Source: Octopus bimaculoides (Eukaryota). Taken from it: DNA of 33,633 bases. Shown piece after piece: positions 10,268 to 22,400 of this stretch. Numbering within the stretch: position 1 is the stretch's first letter; each line of letters starts with the position of its first letter. A program made the position numbers and the translations under genes. The stretch lies in assembly GCF_001194135.2 (NCBI RefSeq), contig NC_069005.1:24807427-24841059 (forward strand), given 5' to 3'. The notes beneath the pieces were generated by a model. The model saw only the letters and a program-made list of their open reading frames with translations, had not been told where the DNA came from and did not search any database.

Positions 10268-13200
10268 ACACAGGGTATGTAAGATATTTGAGGACAGATT
10301 TATGTTTATAAAAAAAACAGATATATAATAACGGATAATAACTTTATTCATCAAAAAATGCTATGAGGATAAAAATAAACATTCTTTTCTATAGTATTAT
10401 TCAATGAAGCCAAAAACTGCTTCTATATGAGATCTAAATCATCTCCATGCTCGAATCAAGTGGTCCTGGTTCATTTTGGACATTATTCTGACTATGGTGG
10501 CTTTCAAAGAATCTTTGGTGTTATGAGCATGTTCATTGACTACTCTCTCAACAAAGCTCCAAATGTGATAGTCCAATGAATTGAGATCTGGGGAATTAGG
10601 AGGCCAAATGTTAAAGGTTATGTGATCATGAAAATTTTTAGTCATCCATTCCTGTGTTACTAGAGCCACATGTGACAGTGCAGAGTCTTACTGAAACACA
10701 TACGGCCTACCATTGCATACACTGTCTATTCAGGGCTTAACAATTATTTCCAGGACCTTCAATGTAGATAGCAGAGTTAACTCTAAGGCCTTGTGGAAAG
10801 AAGTAAGCAGGCATCACATATCCTTCATTGTTGACAACCCCTAGAATCATGGCAGTTGCAGGAAATTTTGTATGCATAACTCTTAGAACTCCAGAAGGGT
10901 CTGCACATAACCATTTGTCATTTCTTCTGTTCACTCTTTGATCTTGGTTGAAGTTTTTCTCATTTTTTTGGTTGTAATTTTTCTTGAGAGAAATTATACT
11001 TACTGTAAGAAATTGTGTAGATTTCCATGTGGAAGATATTCCATGATTAATGCAATCGGTTCATTCAGAGTACAAGCTCCAATCATAGCTACAATATNNN
11101 NNNNNNNNNNNNNNNNNNNNNNNNNNNNNNNNNNNNNNNNNNNNNNNNNNNNNNNNNNNNNNNNNNNNNNNNNNNNNNNNNNNNNNNNNNNNNNNNNNNN
11201 NNNNNNNNNNNNNNNNNNNNNNNNNNNNNNNNNNNNNNNNNNNNNNNNNNNNNNNNNNNNNNNNNNNNNNNNNNNNNNNNNNNNNNNNNNNNNNNNNNNN
11301 NNNNNNNNNNNNNNNNNNNNNNNNNNNNNNNNNNNNNNNNNNNNNNNNNNNNNNNNNNNNNNNNNNNNNNNNNNNNNNNNNNNNNNNNNNNNNNNNNNNN
11401 NNNNNNNNNNNNNNNNNNNNNNNNNNNNNNNNNNNNNNNNNNNNNNNNNNNNNNNNNNNNNNNNNNNNNNNNNNNNNNNNNNNNNNNNNNNNNNNNNNNN
11501 NNNNNNNNNNNNNNNNNNNNNNNNNNNNNNNNNNNNNNNNNNNNNNNNNNNNNNNNNNNNNNNNNNNNNNNNNNNNNNNNNNNNNNNNNNNNNNNNNNNN
11601 NNNNNNNNNNNNNNNNNNNNNNNNNNNNNNNNNNNNNNNNNNNNNNNNNNNNNNNNNNNNNNNNNNNNCGCTCTTCCACAGAAAGGAACACAGAAAGAAA
11701 CTAAGAGAGAAAAAAAGGCAGAGAAAAAAAAAACCATGCATATATATAGTTGAAATTTATAGGAAAACTAAAGACAAAGACAGGTGTATAAACACAACAA
11801 GTCAGTATATTCATTTGACGCTCGGGAAAATGAAAAAGGCTTTTACGTTTCGAGCCTATGCTCTTCAACAGAAAGGAATAAGAGAAAATAAACTGAGAGA
11901 GAATGAAGAAAACTTGTACATTTCAGTGATCCACCATGAAATTCTGTTCCATTCTATCTGTTCCATTCTATCTGTTTTATTCAATCTCTCTCACTCTATT
12001 TCATTCATTCTGTTTCATTCATTCTGTTTCATTCAATCTGTCTCACTCTATTTCATTCATTCTGTTTCATTCTATCTATTCCATTCACTCTGTCTCATTC
12101 TATTTCATTCATTCTATTCCATTCTATGTTTCATTCAATCTATCTCATTCTATTTCATTCATTCTATTCCATTCTACCTGTTTCATTCAATCTATCCACA
12201 TTCTATTTCATTCATTCATTCTGTTCCATTCTATCTGTTTCATTCATTCTGTTCCATTCTATCTATTTCATTCAATCTGTCTCATTCTATTTCATTCATT
12301 CTATTCCATTCTATCTGTTTCATTTAAACTATCACATTCTATTTCATTCATTCTGTTCCATTCTATCTATTTAATTTAATCTGTCTCACTCTATTTCATT
12401 CATTCTGTTCCATTCATTCTGTTCCATTCAATCTATTACATTCTATTTCATTCATTCTATTCCATTCTATCTGTTTCATTCAAACTATCACATTCTATTT
12501 CATTCATTCTGTTCCATTCTATCTATTTCATTCAATCTGCCTCACTCTATTTCATTCATTCTGTTCCATTCATTCTGTTCCATTCAATCTATTACATTCT
12601 ATTTCATTCATTCTGTTCCATTCTATCTCTTTCATTCAGTCTCTCTCATTCATTCTGTATCTCTCATCCAATTCCATGCCAAATTCCTTCAGTCATTTAC
12701 AACAGTTTTACCTCTGACCAGTTTAATGGCAACCTTCTCTTGGCTGTAGTATCCAATGACCACTTTGCCAAAAGCTCCTTCACCAATTGGTGTGCTGAAC
12801 TTCAACTGTCTGGTGTCAATCTCCCATTCATCGTTGGTCACTTGAAAGTCATTAGCATAATCAGATTTACCTGGAATGAAAATATACTCTTTTATTCGTT
12901 TCAGTCATTTGACTTAGGCCATGCTGGAGCACCACCTTTAGTCGAGCAGATCAACCCCAAGACTTATTCTTTGTAAGCCTAGTACTTATTCTATCAGGCC
13001 CTTTTGCCAAACTGCTAAGTTACGGGAATGTAAACACACCAACATCGGTTGGGGGGGGGGACAAAAACAGACACACAAATACATACATGTATGTATATAT
13101 ATANNNNNNNNNNNNNNNNNNNNNNNNNNNNNNNNNNNNNNNNNNNNNNNNNNNNNNNNNNNNNNNNNNNNNNNNNNNNNNNNNNNNNNNNNNNNNNNNN

Positions 13201-16200
13201 NNNNNNNNNNNNNNNNNNNNNNNNNNNNNNNNNNNNNNNNNTATGTATATAGCAATGTTAAATCTCTGAACGAGGTATAAATAGTAACTGCACGACAACG
13301 TGAAGTATATTTGCCACTTAAATGCAGCTAAACCCTAAGGATGAATGTTACTGTTGTTTTTAGCCCCAGGAGAACATCTCCTCCAGCTGGCTATTGACAT
13401 ACATCTGTGTCCTGTCTGTATTTGTAAATATATATATATATACGATGGGCTTCTTTCAGTTTCTGTCTCCCAAATCCATTGACAAGGCTTTGGTTGACCT
13501 GAGGCTATAGTAGAAGACACTTGTCCAAAGTGCCATGCAGTAGGACTGAACCCAGAGCCGTCAACACCACCACCACCACCACCACCACCACCACCATCAC
13601 AAAGGCCAACAAACTCCAAGCATCACAACCATACCGTAATTCTCACAATTTGTGAAATATCTCAAATCGATACTTACAACCTGTCACATTCGATTTGTAA
13701 CTGTTGCTCTTGGCAACGGTCGTTTTACTGATCTCTGTGTTCTTCAGGTTTTTCCTTCTTCTGTAAACCACTGCAAGTAACGTGAGAACCACAAAGAAAA
13801 CGGCAGCGCATATGATTCCTGTGATGGGACTTTTCGTTGTGTTTATAATATTGCTGACAGGAACATCTGGGAAAATAAATATCATAATCAGTAGCAGCAG
13901 TGGCAGCGGCAGCAACAGTAGTAGTAGTAGTATAGTGTAGTATAGTATAGTAGTATAGTATATATGCATATACATGTGCATGCACACATTCAAGTGTGTA
14001 CATGCACATGTGTGTATACATGTGTATGTGCATACATGCATACATACTTGTGTGTGTGTGTGTGTGTGTGTATGTATATGTGTATATGCATACAAACGCG
14101 TGTGTGTGTATATGTGTGCATGCATACATTCATGTGTGTGTGTGTGTATGTGTATACATGCATACATGTGTGTGTATATCTGTATGGGTTAGTGGTTAGG
14201 GCAGTGGTTCCCAAATGGTGCCGCGTGCCTCATAGGGGCAGCAGAAGAGGATAGCAAGCGAGGTGAAATGATTGAAAGACAATCAAAGATTTAGAAACAG
14301 TTTCAAAAATTTCATACACTCTTTACTCTCTTTTACTTTTTTACTTGTTTCAGTCATTTGACTGCAGCCATGCACATCATACTATTGATTCTACCTGCTT
14401 AATAACAACAATAACAACAACAACAACAACAACAAAAACAGCAGCAGCAACAACAAGAATATTAACATCGTCGACTACATACTTTCTTTGAGACGGATAT
14501 TCCTTGTTATCACTTTCTTCTCGCTTATTATTCCTGAAACGGTTGTGTTTACATACAACGGACTGCTTTGGACCGATTTATTGGTTCCTGCATTTGTCTG
14601 GTAGACAGCCGTTACCTGTCAATAGATTGTGATATTACAATTGAAAAAAATGTCGAATACCAAACACCTGACACATGAATAGGTACAGTGATACCAATTG
14701 AAGTTGTCCCCTTCTTTTTTTTGCTTATTCTTCGTATGATTTAATTTCTAAATTATTCAATATAAGCCTTAATTATTAGTCAGAGATTATTTACATTATT
14801 TACATTTGACGGATATTTCTCCTCATCTTGTTTCTTGTTAATACAATGTTTCGGCTGATATACCTTCCAGCCTTCATTAGGTGTCTTGGGGAAATTTCGA
14901 ACCTGGGTTCTCATTCCTAAGGTATTTTTCAATGTTGGCCTTCGTGCCGGTGGCACATAAAAGCACCCATTACACTCTCGGAGTGGTTGGCGTTAGGAAG
15001 GGCATCCAGCTGTAGAAACTCTGTCAAATCAGATTGGAGCCTGGTGTAGCCATCTGGTTCACTAGTCCTCAGTCGAATCGTCCAACCCATGCTAGCATGG
15101 AAAGCGGACATTAAACGATGATGATGATGATTATTGCCTTTGCACAGCTTCTAACGCTGGAGATGTACTACAGTGTCAGCTGTTCACTCCCAGTGAACTA
15201 AGGTAACACCTCTTATTTTTCGAGCACCTTCCAGAGTATTTGAGCAGTTCCGAGCAGTGCTGTTTTCTGAAAGTGCTCCACCCTTATTGCAGCCCCTATT
15301 TCTTCCACGTACTTCCCAAGATTTTTACTCACTGTTCCCAGGGCTCCGACAATTATTGGTACTACTGTGAACTTTTTCATCGACCACAACTGCCTAACGT
15401 CCCAAGCTAAACCTATCATATCTCTCGATTTTTACACATTATTGCTTATGGATTTATCTGCTTCAAGATCCACCACTTCAAAAACGAATTACATATATTC
15501 TATTGTAAGAGCATTGTAGTTCACTTGAAGCATTGTTGAACAGAAATAGATAAAGAAAGCTTCTAACAATGCAGAAAGTTTTACAAAATCCTTTATAATC
15601 TGGACACAAAGGCTTATCTTCAGAAGGAAGCGGTCTAAGAAATATGTATTTACATTGATTCCATTAGAGCTGCTAATCCAAATGCTGAGCAGTTTAAAAT
15701 AGAATAACAAAATCGATGCTTCCTTCTGAAGACAGACCTTTGCACCCAAAATGTAGAGATAGGAGAGTATTGTAGTTTGCTTGAAGCATTGTGTATTGTT
15801 TGTAAAGAATAAAAAGTTTTGAATGGTACACCAATGCACTATAATACAAAAAATAGACTATATACCTGTTGTAATTTAGTTATCTATAGTCCGATGATAT
15901 TTCGGAATACAATTCCTTCTTCAGATATTCTTAGATGGAGTCTCTGCTATAAACGTAGAGGTGTTTATAAAGCTTATTTCTTTTTTCTTTTCCTACTTTA
16001 CTCTTTTACTTGTTTCAGTCATTTGACTGGCCATGCTGGAGCACCGCCTTTAGTCGAGCAAATTGACCCCGGGACTTATTCTTTGTAAGCCTAGTACTTA
16101 TTCTATCGGTCTCTGTTGCTGAACCGCTAAGTTACGGGGACGTAAACACACCAGCATCGGTTGTCAAGTGATGTGGGGGGGGGGACAAACACAGACACAC

Positions 16201-17546
16201 AAACACACATACACATACATATATATACATATATACGAAGACACTTGCCCAAGGTGTCACGCAGTGAGACTGAACCTGGAACCATGTGGTTGGTAAGCAA
16301 GCTACTTACCACGATATTATTATATAAAATAATTATTTGTAAAAAATCAACAACGATTATAATTAGATAAATACCAACCTTGATTTTGTAAATGAATGAT
16401 GGTTCCAAGACGAGTAAAACTGAAGTTTCTTCACACTGCACTTTACCAGCCAGCAAAATATTTGATTGGTCCATATATCCAGGCGCTTGCCAAGCCACAA
16501 CATATTTGATATTTGTTCTGTTAATTGGTGCCATCCATGAGAGATTACCAATTATTTTCTGCACTGTCTTATTGTAGACTAAAGATTCAATGCTTGGGAA
16601 CCATTTTTGAATTTCTGGAATAAAACATAAAATTAATTGTTCAGATACTTCTGTCTTTTATACTGGTTTCAGTCATCGCACTGTGGCCATACTGGAGCAC
16701 TCTCACAACCACCTGATACCTTCCTCATTTGTCACTCTGATATATTTATGTTTTGCATTATTTTCTCTCCATAAACACATTTAACCCATTACCTACCAGT
16801 GATCTCATATGAGATCACTTAAAAATTACAAATTTTGTAATTATCTGTCAATATTTACACATATCTAACCTTTTTGCTATATCTACTAGGTATATTTCTC
16901 TGATATTCAAATGAGGCTTGCTAATTTTTCACCCAATATCTCGCTTATTTCTATTTAAAATGTTATTTTGAAATGTTATTTTGAAATGTTATTTTGATCA
17001 TACCAGCGTGTTTCTAAGGCTGTTTTATGCTAGAAATCAAAGTTTCATAAAAAAAATTCCAGTTAATAGAATTATAGGAGGTAATGGGTTAATGGAATGA
17101 TGTAAACAAGAGTGGTCCATTGCTTGTAATTAATCAAAACTTTCTGATTTTTAAANNNNNNNNNNTCCAAAAAATAAAAAAAAGCTACAAGGGGTTATAA
17201 GGGGTGCTTAGACCAGAATTCCACCAAAGCTTTAACCCTTTTGATACCAACCCACCTGAAACCACCTCTGGCTCTGTAGTACAAATGTCTTGTTTTCAAA
17301 AGTTCTGAATGAAAATCTTCCATCAAACCTTAGTCAGAATTTATGTTCCTAACATTAGCTTAATGATAACTAAGTTATTTTACTAAATTCTTTGTTATAT
17401 TTAAAATTCATTGAAAAAAAACAAACACAATATTATGAAATAGTGTTGTATACAAAATTATATCTGTTAAAATGAGATGTTAGTGTTATTTTCATTTTTG
17501 CATAACTTAGACGACAATTTGTTCACCGCACCCTGTATATATAGAC

Positions 17547-17590
<44 letters not shown>

Positions 17591-17811
17591 AACACACACA
17601 CACACACACACATACTCAACACACTGATTAATTTAATCCTAAATCTTAATCTAGCTTTAATGATAATTCCCTTTATCAGTAATTCACTTCCTGATAAAAA
17701 ATCCTTAATCAACATATCCCATAAATTAAATTGGTTTTCTAATTGCTTAGATATCTCAATCAGCATCTCTCTATATCTTTGTCTGTCCATCTGTCTGTTT
17801 GTCTCCCTCAC

Positions 17812-17855
<44 letters not shown>

Positions 17856-18219
17856 TTCTCTTTCTTTCTCACACTCACTAGCCCCAATTCTTATCAACAC
17901 CAGTCCACATTCGTGGTTGTAAGGGACTCGATCCCATCTCACCTTCTCCATTCTCCCTACACCCTTTTCCACTCAGATCTTCCATCTTTTATCCTTTACT
18001 TGTTCCAGTCATTAGACTGCGGCCATGCATACATACAAGCATACATGCATACATACACACACACACATACAATAAAAACAATCATTATTTGCCATCGTCT
18101 ACAATGAGATCTAGCATGAATATTTACATATTTATTCTTAACACTTCTGAACCGCCAGTTTGCCTGGCGTGCTAAGGTTTTCTGCCAGATCACTGCCTGG
18201 ATCATAATAATAATAATAA

Positions 18220-18273
<54 letters not shown>

Positions 18274-19442
18274 TAATAATAGTAAGAACACTTACTTGAA
18301 GAATTTGTGTATTTAGTTTGATTGCATCNNNNNNNNNNNNNNNNNNNNNNNNNNNNNNNNNNNNNNNNNNNNNNNNNNNNNNNNNNNNNNNNNNNNNNNN
18401 NNNNNNNNNNNNNNNNNNNNNNNNNNNNNNNNNNNNNNNNNNNNNNNNNNNNNNNNNNNNNNNNNNNNNNNNNNNNNNNNNNNNNNNNNNNNNNNNNNNN
18501 NNNNNNNNAGAAGCAGCGCTACAGATGTACCAACACACACGAGATTGAAACATAGCCGACCTCACGCACTTCTCATGAGGAATTCCAGTACGAGCTTCGT
18601 GAGACCACTACTGAGACGCTTCCGAAAAAAGAAAAGCCGTTGGAAAACAGTTTATAGCAGAGACTCCATCTAAGAATATCTGAAGAAGGAATTGTATTCC
18701 GAAATATCATAGGACTATGGATAACTAAATTACAACAGGTTGCCAGTACTGCCTGAGTGGCCTTCGTGCTGGTAGCCACAGTACCATATTTTTCAGCATA
18801 CAAGTTGAAATTTTCATCAGCCTGAGGCTATAGTAGAAGACACTTGCCCAAGGTGCCATGCAGTGGGACTGAACTCAGAATGATATGGTTTAGAAGCAAA
18901 CTTCTTAGTACACAGCCACGCATGCATCTATATACGAAAACATTTGCAATACCTGTCGTCCTGCACTGGAGTTATGCACCGGTCCGTAATGCTGCTTCGG
19001 TAAACCACACTTCCGTACATCTTTGTAAATGCCACAGTTCTCTAGAAACCAGTTCACATAGTAATCTATATTCCTGTTCTTTGCTTGTGATGTTAAACCA
19101 GACTTTTCTCTCATCTGTAGAACAACAGACAAGCTATTATTAATTTCCGTTATTTTCTCAAGAATGTAAAACAACTTTCCTCGGGATCTTCGTTTCGATG
19201 ATTCTGATTTCGATTTCATGGCATTTTCGGAAAATACCTCTCCTGTGAAATACAAAGGAGAATGGCACTGTAGCATCAGTGATGTTGTATTTATGCATTT
19301 ATGAGAAGAAACATGAAACAAGGCAGCGAGCTGGCAGAAACGTTAGCACGCCGGGCGAAATGCTTAGTGGTATTTCATCTGCGGTTATGTTCTGAGTTCA
19401 AATTCCGCTGAGGTCAACTTTGCCTTTCATCCTTTCAGGGTC

Positions 19443-19477
<35 letters not shown>

Positions 19478-22400
19478 GGGGAGGGAGGGATTTGAAAAAT
19501 GATGATGGGGTGGAGGATGGTTGTGATGATGATGATGATTATGATGATGATGATGATTATGATGTGGTGGTGGTGGTGGAGGAGGAGGTTAGAAATAATA
19601 CTTACGGAATCTCCTTATAGATTTAACAGGAAATCTTTCTTCTGCCACCACGCCAAAACTGTTGACCGCCAGGAGCCAGAACTGTGATGATTCTGTTAGA
19701 TTCGTCAGACTAACTTCCATATATGGTAAATATGTCTGCAATAATTACAAAAAGTGAAACCAATACAGAGTAATAGAATAACCATTAATATAATCACTAC
19801 CAATACCATGATGGCCACCACCAGCGACAGTATTGAACAACAAAAGCTGTCAATCTTTGGTCAAGTTGACATTTCCTGTCACCGTCATGTCCACCACAAC
19901 AGCCTAAAGACAAACAAGGGGGGGGGGCTTGTACATCGTTACTTGATCTCCCAGGCATTACAGCCAAATATCCTTCAAATTACAAGAGGAAGTCTTCCTA
20001 CTGCCTACCACTTTTCCAAGCACCTTGATGGTTTCCTGCGAGAGAAGGAGTTCAAAAATCAAACCAATGCTGAAAGTGCATTCAATGAGTTCATCAGCTC
20101 CAGAACTCCAGATTTTTATGTTACCGTAATTAACAAACTTGTAAGTCGTCGGCAAAAATGTGTTGATTGTAATGGTATTTACTTTGATGAATAAAATTTC
20201 TGCATTGTTGAAATATANNNNNNNNNNNNNNNNNNNNNNNNNNNNNNNNNNNNNNNNNNNNNNNNNNNNNNNNNNNNNNNNNNNNNNNNNNNNNNNNNNN
20301 NNNNNNNNNNNNNNNNNNNNNNNNNNNNNNNNNNNNNNNNNNNNNNNNNNNNNNNNNNNNNNNNNNNNNNNNNNNNNNNNNNNNNNNNNNNNNNNNNNNN
20401 NNNNNNNNNNNNNNNNNNNNNNNNNNNNNNNNNNNTTCAGCCACACTGTGTGGTACCTTGGGCAAGTGTCTTCTACTATAGCCCCGGGCTGACCAAAGCC
20501 TTGTGAGTGGATTTGGTAGACAGAAACTGAAAGAAGCCTGTCGTATATATGTCTATGTATATATATGTGTGTGTGTGTGTGTGTTTGTGTGTCTGTGTCT
20601 GTCCACCTCAACATCGCTTGACAACCGATGCTGGTGTGTTTACGTTCCCGTAACTTAGTGGTGCGGCAAAAGAGACCGATAGAATAAGTACTAGGCTTAC
20701 AAAGAATAAGTCCTGGGGTCGATTTGCTTGACTAAAGGCGATGCTCCAGCATGGCCACAGTCAAATGACTGAAACAAGTAAAAAAAAAAAGACACAACCA
20801 CATGCACATTATATAATCATTCTAGACTAACATCGGAAAAACTAACCTGAAATATTGGAAAAGAATCATCAAAAATAATTCAATTGCAAGTATGTCCCTA
20901 TTAAACTTACCTGGTCAACGAGGGACCATTCTCTACTCAAATGACGGCAGAGAAGAATATAGACAAAGTGAGTGGAATTCCTGTGTCCTGTCTTGGAATG
21001 AGGAACCATCCAGCTAATATTAATACTTTTTGGAAGCAGCTGTATTCTGGGTTTTTCTATGAATTTTTTCCAGTGTTTCTTCTTTTTATCTGTGAAGAAT
21101 TCAAAGATAAGTTTCTTTATTAGCCACACAGGGCTGAATACAGAGGGGACAGAATACAATGTAGAGCTTTTCTTTTTGAAAATAGACAAAAAAAGAGGAG
21201 AAAATAAATTTCCGATCAAAAGGGATCGTGTTAATAAAAAACAAAAATCGATCAAAAGATTAGGTTTATCCGTGGAAAGAAAAGCCTACGGAAAAGACCA
21301 CGGTAACCTCAGGCAGGGAAGGTAAAAGCACATGAGAGCAAAGTGCTCTCTCTCTCTCTCTTTTTTTCGATTTACAGGATCATGCTCAAAGTGGTTTTGT
21401 CATTTGCATGCACCATCTTTGCTACATTCACCCATCTTTTATTGAATCTTTCANNNNNNNNNNNNNNNNNNNNNNNNNNNNNNNNNNNNNNNNNNNNNNN
21501 NNNNNNNNNNNNNNNNNNNNNNNNNNNNNNNNNNNNNNNNNNNNNNNNNNNNNNNNNNNNNNNNNNNNNNNNNNNNNNNNNNNNNNNNNNNNNNNNNNNN
21601 NNNNNNNNNNNNNNNNNNNNNNNNNNNNNNNNNNNNNNNNNNNNNNNNNNNNNNNNNNNNNNNNNNNNNNNNNNNNNNNNNNNNNNNNNNNNNNNNNNNN
21701 NNNNNNNNNNNNNNNNNNNNNNNNNNNNNNNNNNNNNNNNNNNNNNNNNNNNNNNNNNNNNNNNNNNNNNNNNNNNNNNNNNNNNNNNNNNNNNNNNNNN
21801 NNNNNNNNNNNNNNNNNNNNNNNNNNNNNNNNNNNNNNNNNNNNNNNNNNNNNNNNNNNNNNNNNNNNNNNNNNNNNNNNNNNNNNNNNNNNNNNNNNNN
21901 NNNNNNNNNNNNNNNNNNNNNNNNNNNNNNNNNNNNNNNNNNNNNNNNNNNNNNNAGGGAGCAAAAGAAACAAGTTTCCAACTACGAATTATGAGGGGGC
22001 ACTGAAAAGTTCCTGGCTTTGGGTAAAAGAAAATACAAGAGGATCAGTTAATTACGATTTTATTTAAAATATTCCCCTCTCAGACCCACACACTTATTGC
22101 AGCAGTCCTTCAGTTTTTCTAAATACTGTAAAAGAACTTGGAAGGTTGGGCCTCCAGCCAGGCCTTTCGCGACACCCTTAGAGCCAGGAACTTTTCAGAA
22201 CTCCTTGTACGAGCACTTAAAAAATTTTGGTCTAACAAAACACCTGATATGACTAATGCAGGTTTAAATGGTTAACAGAGTTGACTTAATAAATACCGGG
22301 ATTTCTTTAGGAGCGTAGCAAGACCGTTACCAATGAATGTTGCATCGTTGAGGCTTAAATAGTCGGAAATCAGCTCATCCTGCATGTTCCTAATGATTGG

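Noticed and set aside
11815-12379. FHSICFIHS-repeat ORFs
   Set aside because: Translations of a low-complexity minisatellite, open in several frames and antisense within an RTK intron.
19800-19903. Candidate extra exon after a strong-looking acceptor ([28 protein letters not shown])
   Set aside because: No convincing phase-0 donor to join exon 19735, and exon 20911 already joins it in frame.
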